In this document: piece after piece, positions 25,478-35,196 of the stretch | Layout of the letters: every line of letters starts with the position of its first letter | How positions within the stretch are numbered: position 1 is the stretch's first letter | DNA from: an uncultured Verrucomicrobiales bacterium | GTDB lineage: Bacteria > Verrucomicrobiota > Verrucomicrobiia > Verrucomicrobiales > Akkermansiaceae | Length of the DNA stretch: 64,000 bases | Direction: 5' to 3' | Assembly: GCA_905478925.1 (NCBI GenBank) | Contig: CAJQKQ010000020.1 | Span: 3,291 to 67,290, forward strand | Notes under the pieces: generated by a model | What the model was told of the DNA's origin: nothing | Databases searched by the model: none | The model's input: only the letters and a program-made list of their open reading frames with translations | Made by a program: the position numbers and the translations under genes

Positions 25478-27286
25478 TTACTCGGCTTCCCCTGCCGTGC
25501 GGAGGGCGCGATCGGAATAATAGACCATGTCCATGCCAACGAGTGTGGCGCGGTACGGGTAGCGGCGGGTGATTTCCTGGATTTTCTGATCCTTGTCGTA
25601 GATGGAAAGGCCAGGAGGGTAGGTGGCGAGGAATACGCGCCCGTCCAATACGAGGGAGGTGAAATCCTTGTATTTTGCGGCGATTTCCGAGGTATTTCCG
25701 GATCCGTGCGAGGATGGGGAAATGAGGATTCCTGCGATTGGTGTTTCGAGATCGGCGGCGATGCTCTCAATCTCGGCGAATTCTGTGCGTGACGGTGGGA
25801 TCCAGATGGACATGCGATCGGCATACCATGCGACAGCCCATGGCTGATCCGAGAAGCAGATTTGTTTATCGGTGAGCCAGTTGCTGAGGCCGAGGTTGAG
25901 CGCCGGTGCGTAGTAGGGAGGCCAGTGGGGGATGCCGCCGCGGTCCTTTCTGTCCATCCCGATCCGGACTTTCATCGGCAGGCCGATCAGGAGAGGTAGG
26001 CCGCAGATGACGATGATCGCGATATGGTGGACATTCTGCAGCATGGGAACGGAAGTGACGGCGGGCAGCTTGCTCCACAGGATCGAAAGGAAAGCTAGGC
26101 CGTAGGCCGTCATGATTGGCGCGAAGAGCAGGTGAGTCTGGTTGGGATCCAGCTTTTCGGTCGAAACTCCGTAAATCGACAGACCGAGTGCCGAGACGGC
26201 GAACATGATGAGTATGGCCCAGCGGAAGTTCGCGATCGAGGGGCGCCTGAAGGGGTGCATCAGCGAGAGGAGGAACAGCGGAGCAACGATGATGCCGCCG
26301 AGGAAGGGTATGATGTTGGTTGTCTGCAGTAGGGTGGTTCGGACAATGCTAGAGAGGATGCCTCCGCCGATCAGCGGAGGCAGGTCGAGGTTATTTGTGC
26401 GCATGACGAAATCCTCGTTTCCTCCGCCGATTCCGTTGTAGAGGTTGAGGAAGGCGGTTCCAAAGGGTGTTCCCGAGATTCCTGCGTTTCTGATCATTAC
26501 GAACACCATTGCCAGGAGGAGAGTCACCAGGACGGTCGCGCCGACAACGCCCCGAGGCCTCAGTGCGATTCCTGCAAAAATGATATAGCCCAGAGCGATC
26601 CAGACCGTGAGGTAGTGGGTCAGCGCCAGGAGCGTGAAGAAAACCCCGGCAATGATTGCGGGGGCGAAAGGGATGCGGCCTTCGCTCGCGTCCTCGACGG
26701 CACGGTAGACGAAGTACAACGCGCAGGAGAACAGCAGTAGCATAAGCATCTGCGGGAGTCCGCTGAGGGCGTAGTTCCAGAAAGTTTCGCACAATAGCAT
26801 CAAGATCGCAGTGACTCCTGCGATTTTCGGATCAAAAACCCTGGAAATGAGCAGGTAGCTGACCCCAATAGCCATGAGGAAGCAGAGGGTGGAAACTGTG
26901 GCGATCACCCGATCCAGCGGAAAGACCATCTCGTTTTCGCCCATTTTCCATTGTTTTGCGTCATCGGCGCCGATGAGTTTCAGTACGGCCGCGTTGAGAA
27001 GCGGGTTGAGCGGTGAGTGATAGGTATCTTGGAAGCCGACGAAAGGGACCGTGCGCTGCTGATGCTCCTTGGCCTGTTCGTAGGCGATAGGGCGGATGAA
27101 CTTGGTGGTGAAGCCGTTGCCTCGGGCAATTTCACGGGCGATCTGCGCCTGATCCATGGCTTGTGGCGAATTGAGGCCGCGGAATAGCGTGAAAAGGTTG
27201 CCGAGGGTAAGGATGATGAGGATCAGGAAAAACAGGCTCCTGCGGATCAGGATACCGGTGTCGAATTGAGTTTGTGATTTGCTCAT
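25478..27286 (-). CDS. Polytopic membrane protein, GT-C (ArnT/PMT_2-like) glycosyltransferase candidate
   Basis: 602 aa with at least 10 predicted TM helices and a soluble C-terminal domain. The architecture is like family-39/83 glycosyltransferases, but no decisive motif was recognised. Confidence 0.45.
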   Translation of the reverse strand: MSKSQTQFDTGILIRRSLFFLILIILTLGNLFTLFRGLNSPQAMDQAQIAREIARGNGFTTKFIRPIAYEQAKEHQQRTVPFVGFQDTYHSPLNPLLNAAVLKLIGADDAKQWKMGENEMVFPLDRVIATVSTLCFLMAIGVSYLLISRVFDPKIAGVTAILMLLCETFWNYALSGLPQMLMLLLFSCALYFVYRAVEDASEGRIPFAPAIIAGVFFTLLALTHYLTVWIALGYIIFAGIALRPRGVVGATVLVTLLLAMVFVMIRNAGISGTPFGTAFLNLYNGIGGGNEDFVMRTNNLDLPPLIGGGILSSIVRTTLLQTTNIIPFLGGIIVAPLFLLSLMHPFRRPSIANFRWAILIMFAVSALGLSIYGVSTEKLDPNQTHLLFAPIMTAYGLAFLSILWSKLPAVTSVPMLQNVHHIAIIVICGLPLLIGLPMKVRIGMDRKDRGGIPHWPPYYAPALNLGLSNWLTDKQICFSDQPWAVAWYADRMSIWIPPSRTEFAEIESIAADLETPIAGILISPSSHGSGNTSEIAAKYKDFTSLVLDGRVFLATYPPGLSIYDKDQKIQEITRRYPYRATLVGMDMVYYSDRALRTAGEAE

Positions 27287-27320
27287 GCAGAGGTGGGAGA
27301 TACCCTATCCGGACGGAAAA

Positions 27321-28688
27321 TCAAAGCGCTAGTTCCTTGATTTTTCGCTGCAAGGTGCGGCGGCTGATGCCGAGAAGCTCGGCTGCCTGGGTGCGGTTGT
27401 CCTGGGTTTCTGCGAGAGCCCTGCGGATTGTATGGCTTTCAAGCGTATGCAAATTGAATCCTTCCGGCTCGGCAAGGGTGTTTTTGCCTGCCGGTGCGGG
27501 GGGCGCGGGGATCGTCGTCCCGCCGTCCAAAAAAGCGGGCAGGTGGGAGGGGGCTATCGTATCATCGTTGCACATCACCACCCCGTGCTCGATTGCCGTA
27601 CGGAGTTCCCGGACGTTTCCGGGCCATGGGTAGGTAACGAGCCTGTGGATTGCGGCATCGGTCAGGGGCTTGACGGGCCGCTGGTTTTCCTCGGCAAACT
27701 CGCGCAGGAAAGCATTTGCCATCAGCACGATGTCTTCGGGGCGCTCCCTGAGGGTTGGCATTTGGATGGCGACAACATTCAGGCGGAAATACAGGTCTTC
27801 GCGGAATTTTCCCTCGTTCACGAGCTGGCGTAGGTTGCGGTTGGTCGCCGCCACCAGCCGGACATCGACCTTGATCGGCGTGTTTGAGCCGACCCTTTCG
27901 ATGGATCGCTCGGAAAGGGCGCGGAGCAATTTCACCTGTGTGGTTGAGTCAATTTCGCCGATCTCGTCGAGGAAAAGCGTTCCGCCGTCGGCCTGCTCGA
28001 AGCGCCCGATCCGTTTCTGGGCGGCTCCGGTGAAAGAACCTTTTTCGTGACCGAAGAGCTCGGATTCGAGGAGTTGTGAGGACAGCGCGGCGCAATTGAC
28101 GATCACCAGCTTTGATGCGGGGCGACCCGAAAGGTGGTGGACGGCGTTGGCGACGACCTCCTTGCCGGTGCCGGATTCGCCTTCGATGAGGACGGTGGCG
28201 CGGGTCGGTGCGACCTGTTCGATCAGATCGGTGACGCGTTTGATCTCCGGGGATTTGCCGATCAGGCGGGAAAGGCTGGCACCCTTTTTGACCTGCTTTG
28301 TGAGCTGGACGTTTTCTGTTTCCAGCGTTCTGGAGCGGAGGGCGCGTTTCAGAAGCATCTCGACCTCGTCGATGTTCAGCGGCTTGGTGACGAAATGGAA
28401 GGCACCGCGGCGCATGGCCTCGACGGCGGTATCGACTGAGCCGTATGCGGTCATCATGAGGATCACGGGTGGCTCAGGCAGTTTTGAGGCGGTGTCGATG
28501 AGATCCATGCCGGAATCACCGCCGAGCCGGAGATCGGTCAGGAGGAGTTGGATGGCTTCGCTCTTGAGTATCGCCAGGGCCTCGCTGTTGCTGGATGCCG
28601 TGTAGACCTCGAATTCCTCATCCAAGGCACTCCGTAGCCCTTCGCGGGTGGCGCGTTCGTCGTCAACGATGAGCAGGGTGGGGAACAT
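27321..28688 (-). CDS. Sigma-54-dependent response regulator (NtrC family)
   Basis: REC domain (LLIVDDE...DLRL), AAA+ GESGTGKE, GSFTGA loop, C-terminal Fis-type HTH (AAELLGISRRTLQRKIKE). Confidence 0.9.
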   Translation of the reverse strand: MFPTLLIVDDERATREGLRSALDEEFEVYTASSNSEALAILKSEAIQLLLTDLRLGGDSGMDLIDTASKLPEPPVILMMTAYGSVDTAVEAMRRGAFHFVTKPLNIDEVEMLLKRALRSRTLETENVQLTKQVKKGASLSRLIGKSPEIKRVTDLIEQVAPTRATVLIEGESGTGKEVVANAVHHLSGRPASKLVIVNCAALSSQLLESELFGHEKGSFTGAAQKRIGRFEQADGGTLFLDEIGEIDSTTQVKLLRALSERSIERVGSNTPIKVDVRLVAATNRNLRQLVNEGKFREDLYFRLNVVAIQMPTLRERPEDIVLMANAFLREFAEENQRPVKPLTDAAIHRLVTYPWPGNVRELRTAIEHGVVMCNDDTIAPSHLPAFLDGGTTIPAPPAPAGKNTLAEPEGFNLHTLESHTIRRALAETQDNRTQAAELLGISRRTLQRKIKELAL

Positions 28689-28695
28689 GTGGGCG

Positions 28696-28738
28696 GGAAA
28701 TTCTAAACTTTAAATTCGAAATCTGAAACGAAATACGG
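28696..28738 (+). repeat. AT-rich heptad-periodic element, subtype 2, copy d
   Basis: GGAAATT CTAAACT TTAAATT CGAAATC TGAAACG AAATACG. It starts 7 nt from the ntrC-like ATG and ends at the kinase stop codon. Confidence 0.85.
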
Positions 28739-29905
28739 TCAGAGGTCGATGGTTGGGGAGGGCAGGAGGCGGGGGCTTGGGGCGGTGTGGGGGAGGTGGA
28801 TGAGGATGTTTGTGCCCTGGTCGGGCTGGGACTGGATCTCGATCTCGCCGCCGTGCTCGCGGATGATGCGGCGGACGATGAGGAGGCCGAGCCCGGTGCC
28901 GGAGGATTTGGTGGTGCGGTATGGCTCGAAAAGGCTGCCCATCTGCTCCGGCGGGATGCCGGTGCCGTTGTCCGAGATGGAGATGAGGAAGTCGGTTTCG
29001 GTGGAGCGAGTTCGTATTTCGATCAGGCCGCCTTCGCCCGGGATCGCCTGGTAGGCATTGCGCAGGAGATTGTAGAAAACCTGCTGAAACTGATCCGGAT
29101 CGATCTGGGCGGTGGGGAGTTTCTCGGAAAGGTCGAGATCGACGCCGATGTTGCGGGAAGCGATTTCCGGCTCAAGCAGTGTCAGTGTCTGGTGCAGGAT
29201 GGCATTGATGTCGCGCGGCTCCCGGCGGGGGGTGGTGGGGCGGACGGCGTGGAGAAACTGTTTAAGGATCGTATCAAGCCTCTGGATTTCCTGGCGGGCG
29301 GTATCGAGATGTTCGGATAGCCCCTTCTTTTGTGCTGCTGGCAGTTTGCGGATTTTCCGCGCCAGCAACTGTAGATGGATGTCGAGCGAGTTGAGGGGGT
29401 TGCCGATTTCATGGGCGATTCCCGCTGCCAGCAGGGTGAGGGCGTTGAGCCGCTCCGATTCCAGGGTTTCCTGGGTCTCGGCATGGGTCGATGTGTTGTC
29501 TCGGATGAGCATGACGTGGCCCAGCGGAAGCTCGTGGTTCTTGGGGTCGTCGATCGGGGAGAGGTAGAAATTCAAGAGGCGGTGCTCGGGGTAAAAGACC
29601 TCGATGTCCCGGGATACGGCCTGGGTTGTGGTGCTGAGTGAGATATTTTCGATCCCTCGGATTTTTGAGGAGATCCTCTCACCGAGTGAATCTGATGGGT
29701 CGAGGCCGAAGAACTGGCAGGCGGCGCGGTTCAGGAACATGATTTTGCCATCCGGATCGAGGATGATCAGCCCTTCCTGCAGCGCCTCGAAAACGTTTTC
29801 CAGGAAGCCCTTTTCTTGGATCAAACGAGTCACGATCTGTTGGATCTCGCCCGGCTCGACTCGATCGATCCGTGCCACGAGTTTTTCTAGGAAACCTGAT
29901 TTCAC
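28739..29905 (-). CDS. Cytoplasmic PAS-domain sensor histidine kinase (NtrB-like)
   Basis: PAS segment, H-box AAGIAHEIGNPL, N-box LRNAYQA, G-boxes DNGTGI and GTGLGL. GTG start at 29905. Confidence 0.88.
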   Translation of the reverse strand: MKSGFLEKLVARIDRVEPGEIQQIVTRLIQEKGFLENVFEALQEGLIILDPDGKIMFLNRAACQFFGLDPSDSLGERISSKIRGIENISLSTTTQAVSRDIEVFYPEHRLLNFYLSPIDDPKNHELPLGHVMLIRDNTSTHAETQETLESERLNALTLLAAGIAHEIGNPLNSLDIHLQLLARKIRKLPAAQKKGLSEHLDTARQEIQRLDTILKQFLHAVRPTTPRREPRDINAILHQTLTLLEPEIASRNIGVDLDLSEKLPTAQIDPDQFQQVFYNLLRNAYQAIPGEGGLIEIRTRSTETDFLISISDNGTGIPPEQMGSLFEPYRTTKSSGTGLGLLIVRRIIREHGGEIEIQSQPDQGTNILIHLPHTAPSPRLLPSPTIDL

Positions 29906-29982
29906 CGCCGAGAGGATGGGGGCTTTCGTAGAAATTCCAATTCCAAATCCACAGCATTCTACGAACGTATGAAAAATGAAAA

Positions 29983-30008
29983 CCCGCCAGGAGAGGGCTC
30001 CTGGCGGG
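29983..30008 (-). terminator. Intrinsic terminator of the LysM gene
   Basis: 11-bp perfect stem CCCGCCAGGAG/CTCCTGGCGGG with a 4-nt loop. On the minus strand it is followed by TTTTCATTTTTCAT. Confidence 0.7.
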
Positions 30009-30056
30009 TTGTTCCATTTTGGGGCTGTCTGTCCCCGGGCTTACCGAGCCGCACGC

Positions 30057-30887
30057 TTATGGCTGGGCGGGTATATACAGCTCGGAGCTCTGAGCGAGGA
30101 CAGTGGAGGGGTCAAGTTCGAGGCCGTTGAGGTCATCGAGACGGCTTGTCGTAGTGTTATGATTTTTTGCGAACTGGCCGTAGGTGATCTCCTTGTCGAT
30201 GCGGATCGGGCGATCCGATGCGCGAGGCTTCGGGGCGGGAGCCGGGCTGTTTGAAATCGAAATTGATGGGGGCGATGAGAACGACGGGGTGGGAGTCGGA
30301 GTGGAGGTGGTCTTCTTGGTTACCTCGTTTACCGGCTTGGAGACGTTGACCTTCTGGCCGACGCGCAGGGCGCGGGGGTTGACGCGTGGGTTGGCGGCGA
30401 TGAGATCATCGACGGAGACTCCGTATTTCATGGAGATCTTGTAGTAGGTCTCTCCGGACTGGACGGTGTGCTTGCGTGTTTCCGTGGCGGTCGGGGAGTT
30501 TTCCGGAGTTGTGGCTGCCGCTGCTGTTGATCCCGGGAGTTTGATGGTTTGTCCAGGGTGGATGATCGAAGCTGCAGTCAGGCCGTTGAGCTTTGAGAGT
30601 GAGGCAACCGAAACGCCGCTCTTGCGGGCGATGCGCTCGATACTGTCACCCGACTTCACTGTGTAGGTGGCTCCGGCGGGGGCTTGCGGTGCGGAAACCG
30701 TGGAGGCCTCCGTCCGGGCAGGGGGCGGTGTGTCAGTGAGCCTTGAAATTTTCAGTTCCAGCTGGCGAATTTGCATTTCCTGTTCGGCGCAGAGAGCGCG
30801 AAGTCGTTCCACTTCTGTTGCGGAAAGGAGAGGGCCGGTGGTTGCTAGAATGACAAGAAGAGTGGCGAGGCGTGATTTCATCTTCAT
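30057..30887 (-). CDS. Secreted protein with three LysM domains
   Basis: Signal peptide MKMKSRLATLLVILATTG. LysM repeats YTVKSGDSIERIARKSGVSVASLSKLNGL, HTVQSGETYYKISMKYGVSVDDLIAANP, and a third C-terminal copy. Confidence 0.85.
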   Translation of the reverse strand: MKMKSRLATLLVILATTGPLLSATEVERLRALCAEQEMQIRQLELKISRLTDTPPPARTEASTVSAPQAPAGATYTVKSGDSIERIARKSGVSVASLSKLNGLTAASIIHPGQTIKLPGSTAAAATTPENSPTATETRKHTVQSGETYYKISMKYGVSVDDLIAANPRVNPRALRVGQKVNVSKPVNEVTKKTTSTPTPTPSFSSPPSISISNSPAPAPKPRASDRPIRIDKEITYGQFAKNHNTTTSRLDDLNGLELDPSTVLAQSSELYIPAQP

Positions 30888-31031
30888 GAGTCGAGATTCT
30901 GCATATTTTTATTCAAGCGGCAATAAAAATTTAAGATTTCCTTATTTTTTTTAAAACTTAAAGGTTTTCCGGTGGTTTTTTGAATCCTGTGTGTGTCGTT
31001 CGGGCGTAAAAAAAATGAGGGGCTTGGGGCT

Positions 31032-31703
31032 TCAGCAGTCGTCACTGCCGGAAATCAGGCATTTCTCGAGGGCTAGGCGCGCGTTCTCGAAATCCTCCGG
31101 GCTGAGATCCTTTGGGATGCGGTGTGGTGCGTCGAAGGATACCCGGACGCGGCTGAAAGGCATGGGGATGAAGAAGCGATCCCAAGAGTTCAGGCGCCAG
31201 GCGGCACCGTAGCGGATGTGGATGGGGATGATCTCCGTTTCGGTGGCTTGGGCGATTTTGATGACGCCGGGTTGGACGGTGTAGCGCGGGCCTTTCGGTC
31301 CGTCCGGGGTGACGCAGACGTCGAAGCCCTCGCGCAGCGCCTTTTTCATGCCGATGAGGGCGGAAACGGCGCGGCGGGAGGAGGAGCCGCGGATTGCGCC
31401 GAGGCCGAAAATTTCCATCGCTGTGGCGAGGATCGTGCCGTCTTTGCTGGCGCTGGTAAGGACCACGCTGGAGCGGCCCATGCCGCCGGTTCTTTTCCAT
31501 ATCGGCGGCATGGTGAATATGCGGTTGTGCCAGAGGGCGAAGATGACGGGTTTTTCCCCGATCTCAGGTTTCGAGAAACCTCGTTGGCCATTTACCTCGT
31601 AGCGGAGGGTCATGCTCCAGGCTTTCATTATTATGGCCGCGAGGTATCCGACGATCCGCGAGGTGCGGCTGGTCTTGATGTTGGTGCTCTTTGATTTCGC
31701 CAT
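31032..31703 (-). CDS. DUF374 lysophospholipid-acyltransferase-like protein
   Basis: ATG at 31703, 1 nt after the upstream FGGY stop. VIFALWHNRIF...LTSASKDG...ITPDGPKGPRY is the DUF374 signature. The longer ORF to 31958 overlaps the kinase gene. Confidence 0.7.
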   Translation of the reverse strand: MAKSKSTNIKTSRTSRIVGYLAAIIMKAWSMTLRYEVNGQRGFSKPEIGEKPVIFALWHNRIFTMPPIWKRTGGMGRSSVVLTSASKDGTILATAMEIFGLGAIRGSSSRRAVSALIGMKKALREGFDVCVTPDGPKGPRYTVQPGVIKIAQATETEIIPIHIRYGAAWRLNSWDRFFIPMPFSRVRVSFDAPHRIPKDLSPEDFENARLALEKCLISGSDDC

Positions 31704-31704
31704 G

Positions 31705-33189
31705 TCAGATGAAGCCGGTGGGGTGGAGGGTATCGACGAGGTATTGCTGGCGCGCCATCCTGTCTTGATAGAGGGAGTGGTTTTCGGGATCCGGATCGCA
31801 ACGTCCCTCGGGATTGCCCGAGACCAGATAGCTGCATATTTCCTCGAAGCCCAACGACTCCCCGCATTGGTGGAAAAAGGCGACGACGGCCTGGATCGCT
31901 GCGCCGACGTCGGAACCGTGCCGCGACGATACTGGAACGACCGGAACCCCCAGCGCATCCGCTAGCAGCTGTGGCATAACGGTGCTGTCAGTGGCCTCGC
32001 CAATGAGTCGGATTTCCGGCGGGTCGAATCCCATTTCCGTGAGGCGGCTCATGGCGTAGCTCAGGCCGAGCGCGACGCCTTCTGCCGTTGCCCGGGCGAG
32101 GTGGGCCGGGGTGATGCCGTGGAGGACGCCGCAGGCATCGGCCAGGCGGGGCACGGACTCGGGGGAGAAATAGGGGAAGAGAAGGAGGTTGTCGGCCCCG
32201 GGGGAAACGCTCGCCACCATCCGTTCATAGTCCGTAGAGGACCAGCCGTAGTGGCGGCGTAGGACTTCTGGGGCGAGGGATGTGTTCGGGCTGCTGGCCA
32301 TGCCGATCCAGGATCCGGTGGCGCTGCACAGAGGGAAGATCTCGTCACGAAGGTCGATCACTGGGCTGGTCCCGACACCGACGACGGTACCGTTGGAGCC
32401 GAGCTCGACCGCCACCGAGCCGTTCGTGACGCAGCCCGCCGAAAGGGCGGAAAGCAGGGGGGCTGAGCTCCCGGCTCCGACCTGGACGAGTTCGGAAAGT
32501 CCCCAGTCCTTCGCGAGTGCGCTGCGCAGCAAGCCGCGGGGTTGGTCGGAGGCCCCGATCGGTGGCAGCAGGTCGCTGAGTTCGGGGTCGATGAATCCGA
32601 TCAGCTCGTCGGACCATTTTCGGTTCCGGATATCGAAGAGTCCTGTTGTTGAGGCGCTGCCCGGTTCGCTCGCTCGCTCGCCGGAGAGCCAGTATGCGAT
32701 GAAATCTTGGACGGTCAGCAGGCTGGCCGCACGTTGGAAATGGTAGGGCTCGTGCTGTTTGAGCCAGAGGCACTCGGCGGCGGCGGAATCCGTTGCTGGA
32801 GACTGGCCGATGAGCTCGAGCAAACCCGGAGAGCCGCCGAACGCCCGTGCGATTTCATCGGCCTGTTTCTGTACCGAGACATCGCCAGCCAGTTTGGTCG
32901 GGCGGATCACGCGGTTTTGCTTGTCGAGGATCACGAGACCCCGTTGCGGCCCGGCCAAGCCGATGGCGGCGATTTGTTTCTTATCGACTTTTGGTTGATT
33001 CAGACAATTCCGAATCACCCGGTCCGTGGCCTCGATCCAGCGGGTGGGTTCCTGCTCAAGATAGCCTGGCGGGAGTCCGTCGATCCATGAGTGGGAAATG
33101 GAAGCCTCTGCGAGGATCTCTGCGGAATCGAGATCCAGCACGACCGCCTTTGTGCTTGCGGGGGCGATCTCGATTCCAATGAACTGCAT
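31705..33189 (-). CDS. FGGY-family carbohydrate kinase paralog with substituted catalytic motifs
   Basis: 494 aa, collinear with xylulokinase. However GIDLGTSGVK is GIEIAPASTK, and the catalytic-Asp segment (D-A-A-G-T in XylB) reads SASTTG. Confidence 0.7.
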   Translation of the reverse strand: MQFIGIEIAPASTKAVVLDLDSAEILAEASISHSWIDGLPPGYLEQEPTRWIEATDRVIRNCLNQPKVDKKQIAAIGLAGPQRGLVILDKQNRVIRPTKLAGDVSVQKQADEIARAFGGSPGLLELIGQSPATDSAAAECLWLKQHEPYHFQRAASLLTVQDFIAYWLSGERASEPGSASTTGLFDIRNRKWSDELIGFIDPELSDLLPPIGASDQPRGLLRSALAKDWGLSELVQVGAGSSAPLLSALSAGCVTNGSVAVELGSNGTVVGVGTSPVIDLRDEIFPLCSATGSWIGMASSPNTSLAPEVLRRHYGWSSTDYERMVASVSPGADNLLLFPYFSPESVPRLADACGVLHGITPAHLARATAEGVALGLSYAMSRLTEMGFDPPEIRLIGEATDSTVMPQLLADALGVPVVPVSSRHGSDVGAAIQAVVAFFHQCGESLGFEEICSYLVSGNPEGRCDPDPENHSLYQDRMARQQYLVDTLHPTGFI

Positions 33190-33255
33190 ACGCTTCAGAT
33201 TTCACCGAATCCGGAGGATTTACAAGCACCGCGACGATGATGCTAATTGCAGCGA

Positions 33256-34746
33256 TCAGGAGATGATGCGAAGGAAATCCCGGTAAGCACTTTCCCACGA
33301 TTCGAGATCTTCCGGGGAGTAGGCGATAAAGCCGAACGAGTTCCGGATGAGCGCGCGCCCGGAAGTGAAATCGGTCGTCTCCCCGGTTGCGATCATCTGG
33401 GTGATGATGTTACCGCAGGAGGTGGCCTCGACGGGGCCGGCGATGACCTCGATACCGAGCGCGTTTGCGGTGGCCTGGCAGAGCATTTCGTTCTGGATGC
33501 CGCCGCCTCCGGCGTGCAGGCGAGTGAAATCTAGGCCAGTGAGCTTGACGATATTTTCGTAGACGAAACGGTACTTTAGTGCGAGCGACTCGGTGGCGAC
33601 CCGCAGGATCTGCCCGATCGAGTCCGGAACCGCTTGGCCGGTCTTTTCGCAGTAAACCTTGATCTTGGATGGCATGTTTCCTGGGCTGGCGAAGACTGCG
33701 TCGTCGGGATCGATGAATGCGGTGAACGGCTCCGCTGCGGCTGCCAATTCCGCAAGCTCGCTGAAGGAATGTTCTTGTCCGTCGATATCCCATTGGCGCT
33801 TGCACTCTTGAATCAGCCAGAGACCTGCGATGTTTTTCAGGAAACGGACGGTTCCGGCGACGCCGAGTTCGTTGCAGAAACCGAGTTCGAGGGCTTCCGG
33901 GGTTGTGATCGGCTGCCGGATCTCAACTCCCATGATGGACCACGTTCCAGAGGAGAGCCAGAGTGTCTCCTCCCCGGAAATTGGGATACCGGCGACGGCG
34001 GAGGCGGTATCGTGCGAAGGTGCGACGACGAGAGGAATATCGCTGCGGCCCAGAGTTGCTTGCATGTCCGGGCGGAGATTTCCGAGGATAGTTCCCGGGG
34101 AGACGATTTTTCCGAAAATTTTCGGTGGCAGGCCGAGTGCCTCGATGACATCGAAGGCCCAATCGCCTGTATGGGGATTCAGGAGCTGGGAGGTTGAGGC
34201 GATGGTGCGCTCCACCGCTTTCACGCCGGTAAGCCAGTAGGCGAGTATGTCCGGAACGAAAAGCAGGGTGTCGGCCTCGGTCAGGAGTTTTGGATTTTTC
34301 AGGTGGAGAGCTAGCAGGTGCAGGGAGCTGTTGTAGAAGTTTGTCTTGATGCCCGTGCGGCCGAAGATCCCGACCTCGGGAAGCAATGCATGCATCTTTT
34401 CCGCCATCCCTTCGAAGCGTGGGTCGCGGTATTGGTGGGGCGGCGCGATGAGCTCGCCGGTGAGGTCGAAGAGTCCGAAATCGCAGCCCCAAGTATCGAT
34501 GCCGATGGAGGTGATGTCATCTCCATAAAGCTCAACGGATTTTTTCAGTCCTGTGACAATCTCGTGGAACAGCCCGAGGATGTTCCAGTAGAGGCCGGAA
34601 GGCAGGTCGATGGCGGGATTTTCGAAACGGTGAATTTCCTCCAGGGTGAGTTTTCCGTCCGAGACGATTCCCGCGATCACTCGGCCGCTGCTCGCTCCGA
34701 GATCGACCGCGATGCGGATCTTGTTTTTGGTTTCAGGTTTCGACAC
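33256..34746 (-). CDS. rhaB: Rhamnulokinase-like FGGY kinase
   Basis: AVDLGASSGRVIAG, EIHRFEN, IGIDTWGCDF, YRDPR are closely parallel to E. coli RhaB motifs. Confidence 0.8.
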   Translation of the reverse strand: MSKPETKNKIRIAVDLGASSGRVIAGIVSDGKLTLEEIHRFENPAIDLPSGLYWNILGLFHEIVTGLKKSVELYGDDITSIGIDTWGCDFGLFDLTGELIAPPHQYRDPRFEGMAEKMHALLPEVGIFGRTGIKTNFYNSSLHLLALHLKNPKLLTEADTLLFVPDILAYWLTGVKAVERTIASTSQLLNPHTGDWAFDVIEALGLPPKIFGKIVSPGTILGNLRPDMQATLGRSDIPLVVAPSHDTASAVAGIPISGEETLWLSSGTWSIMGVEIRQPITTPEALELGFCNELGVAGTVRFLKNIAGLWLIQECKRQWDIDGQEHSFSELAELAAAAEPFTAFIDPDDAVFASPGNMPSKIKVYCEKTGQAVPDSIGQILRVATESLALKYRFVYENIVKLTGLDFTRLHAGGGGIQNEMLCQATANALGIEVIAGPVEATSCGNIITQMIATGETTDFTSGRALIRNSFGFIAYSPEDLESWESAYRDFLRIIS

Positions 34747-34791
34747 GCGTGGCTTTTAGCAAGAGGGAGTTCCGTTGCAACAGGGAATCGG

Positions 34792-35196
34792 CTAGGAAAA
34801 CCATTCGGTGGGCGGGGTGATGACCTCGAGACCATCGATCACGAGGAAATGCGCATCGGAGCTGAGAATCGCCGCGCCGAGGCGGATGGCGCACGTGGCG
34901 ATGATAATGTCTTGCGAGGGAATGACTTTTCCCTTCCTGTCTAGCTGCCATGCTAGCGCGGCGGCTTCATCCCAGAACGAGTCATTTGTTCGAACATTGA
35001 TCATCACATCCATGAAATTTGCGAGGTTCTGGTAACTCCGCGGTGTCTTCACGCCCCGAAGCACTTCCATCCGGATCATTCCGCAGATGGCGAGATTTCT
35101 CGTGCCAGACCATTCGCCCACAATTTCAATGGGATCACGGGAAGCCCTCAGCAGGTCGATATAGACATGGCTGTCCACCATGATATCAGCGGCCAT
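34792..35196 (-). CDS. vapC: PIN-domain toxin VapC
   Basis: 134 aa. MVDSHVYIDLL..., ...SFWDEAA..., IPSQDIIIATCAI. It overlaps the antitoxin end by 11 nt. Confidence 0.75.
   Translation of the reverse strand: MAADIMVDSHVYIDLLRASRDPIEIVGEWSGTRNLAICGMIRMEVLRGVKTPRSYQNLANFMDVMINVRTNDSFWDEAAALAWQLDRKGKVIPSQDIIIATCAIRLGAAILSSDAHFLVIDGLEVITPPTEWFS

Noticed and set aside
30905-30934. Sigma-70-like promoter for the LysM gene (minus strand TTAAAT-17 nt-TAAAAAT) in the AT-rich spacer
   Set aside because: The match to the -35 element is weak. The promoter consensus for this phylum is unknown to me, and any AT-rich tract yields such matches.
31704-31958. N-terminal extension of the DUF374 ORF
   Set aside because: It overlaps the 3' end of the FGGY gene in another frame. 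The ATG at 31703 gives a typical family N-terminus.
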